DNA of 64,000 bases from Eledone cirrhosa. Taxonomy: Eukaryota. The notes below the pieces were generated by a model. It saw only the letters and a list, made by a program, of their open reading frames with translations, was not told the origin of the DNA and did no database searches. Location of the stretch: contig OZ024740.1 in the NCBI GenBank assembly GCA_964016885.1, positions 372,124,001 through 372,188,000 on the forward strand, read 5' to 3'. Numbering within the stretch: the stretch's first letter is position 1; every line of letters begins with the position of its first letter. Positions 1 through 12,456 of this stretch are shown here, piece after piece. A program made the translations under genes and the position numbers.

Positions 1-445
1 TCCCACCATACCATGAATAAGTTAGCTATGTCGCCTGCAATGCTAACACCAATGGCTGCTCCTTCCTCTTGGGCATATGTTTTACCATTGAATTTGAACA
101 TATGTTCCTTAAGGGTTAATTTTATGCTGGCCCCTACCGCATGTGCAATCATTTTCTTCAGTTCATCGTGGTTTTCGGGGGTCCGTATGGCTCTGGTCCA
201 CCCGTTCCATCTATCTGTGTGGGTTTTCTTGGCCATTGAGGTAATGGTAGGTGGTCTGCCTCTTGCTGGTCTTGTAGGGCACAGGTTGCTAAGGTCATAA
301 GTGTCTAGGTAACTATTACTATGAGTAAGCTTAAGTAGAAGTCCCAGCTCACTGGTATCAATCCCACGGAACTCAACCTTGCTCTCGCTGATCATTTCTA
401 CGCATTTCTCCACATGATATTTGGATTACATTGAGTTCTTCATAC
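1..445 (-). mobile_element. Penelope-like element RT fragment (runs off the window start)
   Basis: Manual minus-strand translation gives ...EFRGIDTSELGLLLKLTH...RGRPPTIT...HMFKFNGKTYAQEEGAAIGVSIAGDIANLFMVWW. This is the RT motif-B region, the same family as ANLFMVWW..YVDD at 26037-26615. Confidence 0.8.
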
Positions 446-451
446 GGATTG

Positions 452-984
<533 letters not shown>

Positions 985-1035
985 GAAAAATGGAAAGCGA
1001 AGTAGTTTCAGATGTTCAAGTCCTTTAATAATAAT

Positions 1036-1225
1036 TGTTTCTACTTTTGGCACAACGCCAGCAATTACCCAGTGTATTACTGGTACTTTATTTTATCGAC
1101 CCCGTAAGGATGAAAGGCAAAGTTAACTTCGGTGGGATTTGAACTCAGAATGGAAAGGGCTGTAACACTTTGCGTCAAAGCATGGCGTCCGACCCTCTAC
1201 CGATACTGCCAATCCACCGCCTTTT
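1036..1225 (-). mobile_element. tRNA-derived SINE, family 1, with 18-bp TSD
   Basis: A-box-like TGGCAGTATCGG, B-box-like GAGTTCAAATCC and body GCCTTTCATCCTTACGGGTCGATAAAATAAAGTACCAG. TSD aagtcctttaataataat at 1018-1035 and 1226-1243. Confidence 0.9.
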
Positions 1226-1243
1226 AAGTCCTTTAATAATAAT

Positions 1244-1317
1244 GCTGTGATATATATTTCAGTGACGACACTGGCCACACTGTTCTGTGTGCGAGTGTCG
1301 TGTCATCATCAGACAGC
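1244..1317 (-). ncRNA. Type I hammerhead ribozyme
   Basis: gctgt-CTGATGA-long stem II (acgacact/agtgtcgt)-GAAA-tatata-TC-acagc. Stem I is perfect and stem III palindromic. Confidence 0.85.
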
Positions 1318-2469
1318 TTGTTACATAATAAGGTTATGTTTCCGAGGCAATCCAAATTGGATCGACAAGGGAACGGATGAATTGCGTGTTTTGGGGTTTT
1401 TCATCCGCTCCCTTGTGAGTACCAATTCACCCCCACCGGCCTGCGCAAGCGCATGTCCGAAGGAAGTTGACCATTCGCCACCGCAGACTTCAACGAAATA
1501 TGCTTAGTCAGTTCACCCTGTCATACAAAACAATGGCCCCCCAATGCCTGTACCATATTTTACTGCTGCCCATCACGGCTGTGGCAGTCAGCCGAGAGCC
1601 AAAGGGGATGGGAGAGTGTTAGTTTTTACAGGTCATAATACTACCCCTCACTAAGCGTTGACGGTACAACTGACCATCACCTTATAAGGGAAAATAAACT
1701 TATTCTAGGTATCATGGTTTTACGTTGGAAGTTAAGAGTGAGAGTTGGAAATAAAAATTAAAATCCTAAATCAAATATCAGAAATTATGAATTAAACAAT
1801 TAAGAAATTAACAATTAGAAATTAAAGAATTAAAAAAAGAATTTAAAAATTCCTTTCAGGTGATAATTTGGATTGAGGTGAGTAAAAATATAGACTGAAG
1901 TGAGTAAATAATATGGAGAGAGATGTTTAAGTAATATGTTCTGAGAGGGATTCTAGTGTCACAGTTACTCTATCCACATATTGAACGACAGTGCCGTACA
2001 TTATAACTACAGGGCTCCAGGCATTAGTGAATCTGGTACACAGTCTTAATTTCCATCACATGGAACAAAATCAAAGAAAAATAGACATAAAGTACACAAA
2101 AGAAAAGAACAGAACCAATAGTGAATAAATGCAAAAACACAGAGTACATATATGCAAAATGATCATATGATTGTCCATCTGTCCATGTATAGATTGAATT
2201 GAGGGGGCCTCTGTTCAAATGCGATTTGGTGCAGGAAAATAGGGGTTTATCCTATTATTTGTTTCCGCGTATTTATCCCACCGAAAGTTACTATTATGTC
2301 CGTCCAGTGTAAGGGGTTTCCATCGCCATGGTAGAGGGAATTTCCGGGGTAGCTTATGGTTGGTTCCTCTCTTCTCCACCATATCGGTTACATCGTAAAG
2401 CGCTCAACTAATTGGAGCTAAATTATTAGGGTAAACATGCCTCGGAAACATAACCTTATTATGTAACAA

Positions 2470-2543
2470 GCTATCTGATGATGACACGACACTCGCACAC
2501 AGAACAGTGTGGCCAGTGTCGTCACTGAAATATATATCACAGC
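2470..2543 (+). ncRNA. Type I hammerhead ribozyme (inverted partner of 1244-1317)
   Basis: gctat-CTGATGA...GAAA-tatata-TC-acagc, with one stem I mismatch. Confidence 0.8.
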
Positions 2544-2697
2544 ATTATTATTAAAGGACTTGAACATCTGAAACTACTTCGCTTTTCCTTATTCGATATT
2601 TACTCCGTCACTCCTATGTGGAAAAAGTACATTGAGTGCTTGAATTGAATTGCATCAATGTTTACCCTAATATATATATATATATATACATATATAC

Positions 2698-2751
<54 letters not shown>

Positions 2752-2779
2752 GTATATACATATATATACATATATATAT

Positions 2780-2973
2780 ATAGGAACGAGTAGGACACCG
2801 ACGGCTGAGCTCAAGCCGTTTCGACGGCTAATTCAGTCCAGAATTAGCCGTCGAAACGGTTTGAGCTCAGCCGTCAGGGTCCTACTCGTTCCTATTACCC
2901 ACTCTACTACCCTAAGTATTGAGTAATTTGGTGCGTTATGGTCCACCTGGTTCCTTACCACATTTCCTTCGTT
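2780..2973 (+). repeat. Near-perfect palindrome (2780-2895) containing an HHR 3' half, plus a family tail
   Basis: The loop agtcca is at 2835-2840. The right arm reads stem-GAAA-cggtttgagctcagccg-TC. The tail 2880-2973 recurs at about 29812-29910. Confidence 0.75.
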
Positions 2974-3037
2974 ATATATATATATATATATGTATATCTA
3001 TATTATATATATATATATGTATATATGTATATATATA

Positions 3038-3122
<85 letters not shown>

Positions 3123-3263
3123 TATATGATGTCAGCATACACATTCTTGAAGGTGAAGTACTCCAGTTCATTTTAAATGGTATAAATGGCATTCGATTTC
3201 CACGTTGTTTAGTAACATTATATGGGTATTCTTGAATTAAAAGTGCCAAACACATACATACTC

Positions 3264-3366
<103 letters not shown>

Positions 3367-3438
3367 TATGTGTGTGCGCGCGCGTGTGTGTGCGTGATTG
3401 TGTATGTACACATATACATATGTATATATTCATATAAT

Positions 3439-3623
3439 GGTTTCTACTTTAGGCACAAGGCCAGCCATTTTCCAGTGCATTACTGGTACTTTATTTTATC
3501 GACCCCGTAAGGATGAAAGGCAAAGTCAACCTCGGCGGATTTGAACTCAGATCGTAAAGGGACATAACTATGCTGGAAAGCATGGCGTCCGACTCTCTAC
3601 CGATACTGGCAATCCACCGCCCT
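3439..3623 (-). mobile_element. tRNA-derived SINE, family 1
   Basis: Same boxes and body as 1036-1225, flanked by the duplicated atatgtatatattcatataat. Confidence 0.9.
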
Positions 3624-3855
3624 TATATATGTATATATTCATATAATGTTTAGCACTTTCAATTGAAGTGTACCCGTTTAATGCTTTTAAACAATATATA
3701 ACGCCATTTAAGAATGAAGAATTGTCCACTTGGATAAGTACTTCGATCCGTATAATTGCAATCATTTATATGCTGATATTTTCCAACATGAAATATCAAT
3801 ATTTTCAATCAAAATCACTAATTCCTTTTTCTTTAGTACTCTTATTCAAATTTTC

Positions 3856-4018
3856 ATTATCATCATTATCATCATCATCAACATCTTCATCATCATCATC
3901 AACATCTTCATCATCATCATCATCATCATAATCAGCCTAACCCCCATCAACACCGCCATCACCATAACCACAATCACACACGGCACCATCAACATCATCA
4001 TCATCATCATCATCAGCA
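3856..4018. repeat. (CAT)n-rich microsatellite
   Basis: Read directly. Confidence 0.9.
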
Positions 4019-4280
4019 TTAGCATTGTCATCATTCTCATCAGTTTCCCATTATCAACATCTTCAACTGTAGAATCAACCAATATAGAATACTATTTAAA
4101 TTCATCCTTTAAATGATGTACCATCTAAGAGGATTCATATTAAGAAAACTGTATTGATGACACGTGCTGTATTGAAGAAATATGTATGTCTGTGTATATG
4201 TACATACCTACTTATAATAGACTACTGTATAGAAATCACACACGAAGAAACATACACACACACACACGCACGCGCACACA

Positions 4281-4325
<45 letters not shown>

Positions 4326-4500
4326 GGATAGATTGGCACTTACCAGTTAAGACTAGTAAAACCATGTTCACCTAAGTACTCGATACTAGGGAAAGTAGAG
4401 TGTTGGTATTGTAAATATTTAGTGCCCGATGGCTGAACTCACGTTGAAATGTCTCGAGATCACCCGTCGGGCACTAACTATTTACATTATATATATAGAT

Positions 4501-4685
4501 GGGCGGTGGATTGGCAGTATCGGTAGAGGGTCGGACGCCATGCTATCCAGCATAGTTACGTCCCTTTACGATCTGAGTTCAAATCCCGCCGAGGTTGACT
4601 TTGCCTTTCATCCTTACGGGGTCGATAAAATAAAAGTACCAGTAATGCACTGGGTAATTGCTGGCCTTGTGCCAAAAGTAGAAAC

Positions 4686-4690
<5 letters not shown>
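4501..4690 (+). mobile_element. tRNA-derived SINE, family 1
   Basis: Full copy from GGCGGTGGATTGGCAGTATCGG to GTAGAAACAATT, followed by (TA)n. Confidence 0.9.
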
Positions 4691-4723
<33 letters not shown>

Positions 4724-4757
4724 AGAAAGAGATGAAATCGAAAATGCAACTGGTCTC

Positions 4758-4791
<34 letters not shown>

Positions 4792-4904
4792 TAAGACTCC
4801 AGTTGCATTTTCGATTTCATCTCTTTTTCTTTATACTTTCACTCGTGTAGGACACCTCGGTTATTTTTCAATTCGTAAAAAAAACCTCACTTTCTATATA
4901 TATA

Positions 4905-5095
4905 GGGAGGTGAGTTGGCGGTATCTGTAGAGAGTCGGGCGCCATGCTTTGAAGCATAGAGTTACCTCCCTTTATGATCTGAGTTCAAATCCGGCCGAGG
5001 TTAACTTTGCCTTTCATCCTTCCAGGGTCGATAAAATAAAGTACCAGTAATACACTGGGATAATTGCTGGCCTTGTGCCAAAAGTAGAAACAATT
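4905..5095 (+). mobile_element. tRNA-derived SINE, family 1
   Basis: Diverged full copy with the same body. Confidence 0.88.
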
Positions 5096-5144
5096 ATATA
5101 TATATATATATTTGTGGAAGACTAACAGTCACCCATACGTATCA

Positions 5145-5345
5145 ACCTCCCCTCTCTCGCTTCTGATGATGTCCAAGGGAAAGGCAATGGCTGATACAGC
5201 TTGAGACTAGTGACGTCGCACCTCATTTTTACGGCTGAGTAAACCGGAGCAACGTGAAATAAATTGCCTTGCTAAAAAACACAACGTATCACCCGGTCCG
5301 AGAACGAACTCACAACCTTACGATTGCAACCCTTGTGCCTTCACA
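5145..5345 (-). mobile_element. tRNA-derived SINE, family 2 (CORE-like), partial
   Basis: Homologous to 23250-23565. Confidence 0.7.
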
Positions 5346-5623
5346 TGTTACGTATTTCCATTTATTTTTTTAACAATAATGTTTATCTATTATCTATTTT
5401 TGAATATTTGTCGGCTTTAATTAGATGATACGTACGTCATCAATACAACTACATGGTAGTACCCAACTGAGTTATCTTATATACCCTATCAGCATAGTTG
5501 TATCGCTGAAATGGATATATCGCAATCACGCTTATGTCTGTAATGAATATTAATGTATACGTGCAAGTATAAATTTAGATATATATACAGATATGTATAT
5601 AGTTCGGCCTCTTAACATGAAAC

Positions 5624-5692
<69 letters not shown>

Positions 5693-5735
5693 CAATGATA
5701 TTAATAAATGGAAACTATATTAATAAAGCCATATT

Positions 5736-5798
5736 TATTTTATTATATATATTTCAAGGGTACCAAAAACTTTTGGTACGCGCTCATCAGATAAAATA
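5736..5798 (-). ncRNA. Type I hammerhead ribozyme
   Basis: tattttat-CTGATGA-gcgc gtaccaaaa gtt tttggtac cctt-GAAA-tatata-TA-ataaaata, with an 8-bp stem I. Confidence 0.85.
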
Positions 5799-6466
5799 CA
5801 AAATTTGTTTTATAAATAGTGAGTTACCCGCGAAACCAGACATTATCGGTTCAGGTTCCGTTTGTACAGTGAAAGAAAAAAAGAAAAATTTCAAATCTTT
5901 AGGATGGATATATAAATGTAGTAGAAGCGTAGACTGAAAAATTCGTTATATTTAGACGCTAGGTAAATTTAAATAATTATTAGGATACTTTCTTCTTCTT
6001 TTAAAAGGTATCCCAATAATTATTTAAATTATATAAATGTTTCTATATATATATATATATGCAAGGAAAAGAAATTGGAAATGCAACGGAAGTCTTTAAA
6101 GAATATTTATTTACTTTACAAATTGAGATGCAGAGTTTGTATTTCGGTTGAGGTGTGTCTCGCATCCACACACACACACACACATATATATACATATAAT
6201 ATATATAGGAAAAGAGACTCTCCCCCTCTCTCTCTATTATGGATATATATAGTATTAATAGTATTAATTATACTATTTATGGTTATGTAAATACAAAAAC
6301 CTTTTGCAGTTATATATATTTTTATACAAACCCTAAATAGTGGTAGGCAGTAATATATTACTACCTTATTACCAGTAAGTTAAGTAGCTCGATGTAAAAA
6401 CATCAGATGATTTACAGAGCAGTTATATGAAATATAAGAATCAAAGAGCTGTTCAAAACATTTTTA

Positions 6467-6513
6467 TGCTTACAACTGTTTCCTCCAAACCGAGGTTTGG
6501 ATTCTTCGGAGCA
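6467..6513 (-). ncRNA. Type I hammerhead ribozyme, CCGAAGA core variant
   Basis: Exact inverted copy of 10444-10490. Confidence 0.7.
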
Positions 6514-7700
6514 ATTTATTAATGAGTGAACACTTATATGACCTCCTTTTCACCCAAGAGACATACAGATACATATGCAAATATTGTGGGTCAACATTCA
6601 TTACAGCATTTAGAGTGGCAGTACACACTTAGAGATTACATTCATATTAAAAGATACAATCAAAAATACAGGTTAAAATACAACATGAAAATAAGCGGTT
6701 ATATAGTGCAAATGTTATATGTGTGGCAAGCACGTGCGTCTTGTTTATATAGTGTGGCAGAGAGTTACGTGTAGTAGAAGCACTTAAGTAGGTAAACAAG
6801 AGTGTTAGGTTGGTTGATCTGGTGGCAAATTCTCTATATGATTGTTATAGTCTGTGTGTCGAGAAATAATATAAGCATTAAAAATAGTGCAAGCATTAAA
6901 AATATTTAAAATATTGGAAATGCACAGCGAAGGGATGATATGGACTTCATGTACTTCGACATTTTCATAGTCTGGGGAGTGTATTTTTCAGATTATATGC
7001 CCCTCACATAATCTACGACAATTCGATATTGAGCGTTTGACAATCCAGTTAGAAAATCGTAGTCAGACGTTCTTTAGTTCAATACAGGGGGATGTTACGT
7101 TTCGAGAATCGACATTGAAATACTACCCGGAAGTGTGTGTGTGGCTAAGGGGAGTTAATGCATGAGGGGAGGTAACTCCGAGGTTTCTATTACTAACTAT
7201 TGAAATGTGTCTCAAAATATTGAAATGTGTCTCAAAATAGACCCTAACTTCTATGGTTATGCGCAATTTCAAAAAGATTTCTAAAGCTTAAAGTGTTTTA
7301 ACCATAGAGTAGTCTATTAAGTTGTGCTGAAGGTGTTCGTATTATTATGGTGAATTAACCCCCAACGAAGAGTGCCAAAAATGAATATTATAGACGACGA
7401 GCGAGGATTCTAAATTAATGATCTCTGTGGTTGTAGTCTACTCAAAGGACCAGGCGCGGTGATTGCAGAATCACTTCAACACACAATGATCTCTGGTAAG
7501 TTCTGGGTCATCTCTTGCTACATTGGATGTCGAAAGATAATCATCACCAGGGCCGACCAGAGGTCAATCTGCAGTCCTCATGACCCCACTCTGACCATCA
7601 AATCATCCATCTATGTACAACCCGTACGCCAGTTGCAATACATTCATTCCCTGCACTCAGCGTACCGGTCATACTGCTCAACAGCGTTACTAGATTAATT

Positions 7701-8981
7701 AAAAATGTTAACTTCCTAGACGCCACACTATACCTAGACTCAAAAATATATACACCTTTCCATAAGCCTAACGAAAAACTCATTTACGTAGATACCAAGT
7801 CTAATCACCCTAGATCAATATTAAACTCTATCTCTAAGGGCGTATCCAATATAATCTCTAATCTATCCTATGACGCAAACATATTTAGCAAAAGCTCACA
7901 ATATTATAATCAAGCATTAGCTAGATCCGGCCATAATATAGAAATTGAGTTCCTACCTAAGAAAACACATAGCTACAACATCATCTCGCACAACATGTCC
8001 ATGAGGAAACCTAATAATAGGAATAGCAACCACAAGTACACCAAAGCGGAGGGTGCCACCGGAAGTAACCATTACCACGGAAACTACCGTAGTGCCTTAG
8101 GAAGAAACAACACACCAAACACTAAAAACAAAAATAGAAGAAGAAATAATACATTTTTCAATCCTCCTTTCAACCTAAATGTCTCCACTAACATACCTAG
8201 GGCTTTCTTCTCACTACTAGATAAAAACTTCCCTCTAGGACACAAGTACCACAACCTTTTAAACAAAAACACTATTAAAATCTCATACTCTACGACGCCT
8301 AACTTAGCATGCCACATAGCTAGCAGCAATAAAAGTAAAATTAATTCTTACTTCCAACAAACGAAATCACAACAGAATGTAAACCTTCTAAATACCTCTG
8401 TAGCAAGCGACCATAGTAACGGCAGTAACAATAGAAATAACACTAGTATAAGAAATAACACCGGGGTCGACAACCCGAATGTCCAAAATCCTATAGCTAC
8501 CACCCAGACTTCTGCACTGCATTATAACCAGCGGACTAACACACAGGATAATTGTAACTGTAGAGGTAATAGAACCTGCCCTTTAGATAAAAAATGCCTA
8601 ACCAAGGATATCATATACTCATGCACTGTCACAACTAGCAACTCTTCAGAAACCTATATAGGCTCCACTTCTAACTGCTTCAAAATCAGATATAATTCGC
8701 ACATCCACTCGTTCAAAAAGCACAGTCTAGCCAACTCCACCTCACTATCTAGCTACATACACTATCTAAAAACTAAAAATAAACCTTACACACTCAAATG
8801 GGAAGTGATAGGTAGCGCGACTTCGTACAAACCACCTAATAAATTTTGTAACCTCTGTATACTAGAGACCCACAATATTATCTTCTCTAACCGTAACCTA
8901 CTTAACAAAAAATCTGAAGTGTTTGCAACTTGCCAGCACCGCTTCAGACATTCCTTCCAAAACTTTAAGCCCAATATATAG
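7701..8981 (+). pseudogene. PLE polyprotein C-terminal half (end of RT, thumb, GIY-YIG endonuclease)
   Basis: NFLDATL..PFHKPNEKLIYVDTKSNHP, then FNPPFNLNVSTNI..LLDKNFP..KISYS, CNC..CPL..CL, IIYSC..TYIGST..FKIRY..H, CNLC..E..LNKKSE..CQH. The RT catalytic core is absent. Confidence 0.9.
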
Positions 8982-10443
8982 CAATGTCGGACTTGAACCA
9001 ATCACCACCTCTAGCATCAAACACCAGGGGCACACCTTATACCACATACCCAACACTATCTGATCTAATATAACACAAATAGCGACATCCCTCTAGAACC
9101 CTTCGCAGGGCGAATACCCATTTGTACCTCTACTTTAGGTGTGACAACATCCACCCACCTGAACTGCACTACACCGCTCTATTGGTAATTTAAGCATGAA
9201 TTGATTGTCTTGTTAGTGTTGTGCGGAAGAAGTGCCTTCGTTGGACAGATGAAAAACGAATTAATCTATAACGCTGTTGAGCAGTATGACCGGTACGCTG
9301 AGTGCAGGGAATGAATGTATTGCAACTGGCGTACGGGTTGTACATAGATGGATGATTTGATGGTCAGAGTGAGGTCATGAGGACTGCGGATTGACATCTG
9401 GTCGGCCCTGGTGATGATTATCTTTCGACATCCAATGTAGCAAGAGATGAACCAGAACTTACCAGAGATCATTGTGTGTTGAAGTGATTCTGCAATCACC
9501 GCGCCTGGTCCTTTGAGTAGACTACAACCACAGAGATCATTAATTTAGAATCCTCGGTCGTCGTCTATAACATTCATTTGTGGCACTCTACGTTTGGGGT
9601 TAATTCACCATAATAATACGAACACCTTCAGCACAACTTAATAGACTACTCTATGGTTAAAACACTTTAAGCTTTAGAAACTTTTTGAAATTGCGCATAA
9701 CCATAGAAGTTAGGGTCTATTTTGAGACACATTTCAATATTTTGAGACACATTTCAATAGTTAGTAATAGAAACCTCGGAGTTACCTCCCCTCATGCATT
9801 AACTCCCCTTAGCCACACACACACTTCCGGGTAGTATTTCAATGTCGATTCTCGAAACGTAACATCCTCCTGTATTGAACTAAAGAACGTCTGACTACGA
9901 TTTTCTAACTGGATTGTCAAACGCTCAATATCGAATTGTCGTAGATTATGTGAGGGGCATATAATCTGAAAAATACACTCCCCAGACTATGAAAATGTCG
10001 AAGTACATGAAGTCCATATCATCCCTTCGCTGTGCATTTCCAATATTTTAAATATTTTTAATGCTTGCACTATTTTTAATGCTTATATTATTTCTCGACA
10101 CACAGACTATAACAATCATATAGAGAATTTGCCACCAGATCAACCAACCTAACCCTCTTGTTTACCTACTTAAGTGCTTCTACTACACGTAACTCTCTGC
10201 CACACTATATAAACAAGACGCACGTGCTTGCCACACATATAACATTTGCACTATATAACCGCTTATTTTCATGTTGTATTTTAACCTGTATTTTTGATTG
10301 TATCTTTTAATATGAATGTAATCTCTAAGTGTGTACTGCCACTCTAAATGCTGTAATGAATGTTGACCCACAATATTTGCATATGTATCTGTATGTCTCT
10401 TGGGTGAAAAGGAGGTCATATAAGTGTTCACTCATTAATAAAT

Positions 10444-10490
10444 TGCTCCGAAGAATCCAAACCTCGGTTTGGAGGAAACAGTTGTAAGCA
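10444..10490 (+). ncRNA. Type I hammerhead ribozyme, CCGAAGA core variant, at the PLE 3' end
   Basis: tgct-CCGAAGA-a tccaaac ctcg gtttgga g-GAAA-cagttg-TA-agca. Confidence 0.72.
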
Positions 10491-10569
10491 TAAAAATGTT
10501 TTGAACAGCTCTTTGATTCTTATATTTCATATTTCATATATTTCATATATGTATATATATACATATATA

Positions 10570-11194
10570 TATATAATACTAAAAGTCTGTTATTGCTTGC
10601 TTGTCTTTAATGTAAAACAGCCAAAAGGGCGCAAAATGGGAAAATACTTTGAAAAGAAGTTAAACCTGAAATGGGAATATAAATGGAATAAAACAAGATT
10701 CGTGTAAATCGAAGCACGGGTTCGCGAGATATGGGGGTTTTCCAGGTACCTTCATAAGCAAAGAGAAAGATAGTGGTTGTGACAGAGTAGATTCAAAGAG
10801 AGACATAGAGAGAGGGAGAGGAGACAGAGAGGAGAATGGAAGAGAGCTGGTGGTGTTGTTGTAAATATATGAGTGTGTGTGTATATATATATGTGTGTGT
10901 GTTTATGTGTGTCGATGACCAGTGCATGTAGATCACATATACCCCCCCCCCCCCACATATATATATATATATATACACACACACACCCACACACATATAT
11001 ATATATATATATATACACACACATTTATATATATATACATATACACACGCATATATATATGGGCCTTCCAGTTTCATTTCACATTATATACATATCTGTG
11101 TATACTTTAATTATTTATAAATTATTTTTAAGTGAACATGATTTTAATAAGATATTTTGAAGTGAACGTGACCCAAAGGGTCATGGGTGGTCTA
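10570..11194 (+). mobile_element. Non-autonomous Helitron-like unit
   Basis: It shares subrepeats with 11200-11480 and 17900-18200. It ends in hairpin tgaccc-aaa-gggtca then gggtggtcta, matching the 3' end at 19008. Confidence 0.65.
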
Positions 11195-12249
11195 CTATAA
11201 TACTAACAGTCTGTGATTGCTTGCTTGCTTGCCTGTAATGTAATACAGCCAAAAGGGCGCATAATGGGAAAATACTTTGAAAGGAAGTTGACCCTGAAAT
11301 GGGAATACAAATGGAATAAAACAAGTTTTGCCTATATCGAAGCACGCGTTCACGAGATATGGGGTTTTTCCGGGTACCATCAGAAATAGCCAAAACGGTG
11401 CATAATCGGAAAATACTCCAAAAGTAAAATAACCCTGAAATGGGATACAAACAGAATATAACAAGTTTGGCTTAAATCGGACATAGAAACAAATTTACAT
11501 TATTCAAAAATATTTTTAAGTGAATAGGATTTACAAAATACATTAAAAGATTTTTTTTCAGTGATTTGTCAGTGAATATGCTTTCAAAAATACAAGCTGT
11601 TTGTAATTTTTCAGCTTTCTTTAAACAGACGATATTTTAATTATTAAAAAAAACATTTTAAAGTGAATATGACTGACAAATACGAGTTGTTTTTACAGTA
11701 AATGTTTATATTTTTGCGTTGGTTAAACAGAATATTTTAATTATTTAGAAATATTTTAAAGTGAATGTGATTTCGAAAATACGAGTTGTTCGTACACTAA
11801 GTATTTATACATTAGCATTCTTAACACAGACAATTTTTTTTTTATTGAAATCACAAGTTGTTCGTACAGTAAGTATCTATATTTGGGCTTTCTTTACACA
11901 GACAATATTTTTATTTAAAAAAAATATATATTTTCAAGTGAATACGATTAAAAAATATGTTTTGCATATTAAAAAAAAATATTCTTCAGTGAAAATGACT
12001 TAAAAAAATACAAGCTGTTTGTATACTGAGTAATCATATTTCAGCTTTCTTTAAACAGACAATATTTTAATTATTAAAAAGTACTTTTAAGTGAATATGA
12101 TTTAAAAAATACGAGTGGAAGAAAAAATATGATAAAAAGAAATAGAAATATAATAATTGTTTCTACTTTTGGCACAAGGCCAGCAATTACCCAGTGTACT
12201 TTATTTTATCGACCCCGTAATATAATAATGATTATAATAAAATATAATA

Positions 12250-12436
12250 ATTGTTTCTACTTTTGAGACAAGGCCATCAATTACCCAGTACATTTCTGGT
12301 ACATTATTTTATCGACCCCGTAAGGATGAAAGGCAAAATTAACCTCGGCGGGATTTGAACTCAGACCGCAAAGGGACGTAACTATGCTGGAAAGCATGGC
12401 GTCCGACCCTCTACCGATACTGCCAATCCACCGCCT
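12250..12436 (-). mobile_element. tRNA-derived SINE, family 1 (partial extra copy at about 12155-12220)
   Basis: Same boxes and body as the other family 1 copies. Confidence 0.88.
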
Positions 12437-12456
12437 AATAACATATAATAATTATT

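Larger units (their letters stand above)
992..2588 (+). mobile_element. Non-coding fold-back element with HHR-bearing inverted arms (PLE-type end)
   Basis: Arm 992-1349 (interrupted by a SINE) is the reverse complement of 2438-2588. Each arm carries an HHR. Confidence 0.8.
6425..10532 (+). mobile_element. 5'-truncated Penelope-like element with about 1.27-kb near-identical inverted arms
   Basis: 6425-7700 is the reverse complement of 9259-10532; ORFs 6526+ and 10183- are identical. The centre encodes the RT thumb and GIY-YIG. Confidence 0.92.

Noticed and set aside
4421-4475. Hairpin agtgcccgatgg/ccgtcgggcact enclosing GAAA..tctcgaga-TC
   Set aside because: It could be a decayed HHR, but the CUGANGA core and stem II are missing.
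4501-4590. tRNA-like A and B boxes
   Set aside because: These are SINE heads, not cloverleaf tRNA genes.
5158-5200. CTGATGA...GAAA in SINE family 2
   Set aside because: Stems II, III and I do not form, and the other copy (about 23360) reads CCGATGA. This looks like a chance match.
6526-6774. Duplicated short ORFs (82 aa here; 75 aa in the 591-bp unit; 79 aa at 33492/34163)
   Set aside because: Their identity reflects DNA duplication and they have no protein motifs.
11500-12120. Spaced AGTGAATATGA-like repeats resembling a CRISPR array
   Set aside because: The spacers are mutually similar and the context is eukaryotic. It is a degenerate minisatellite within the Helitron.
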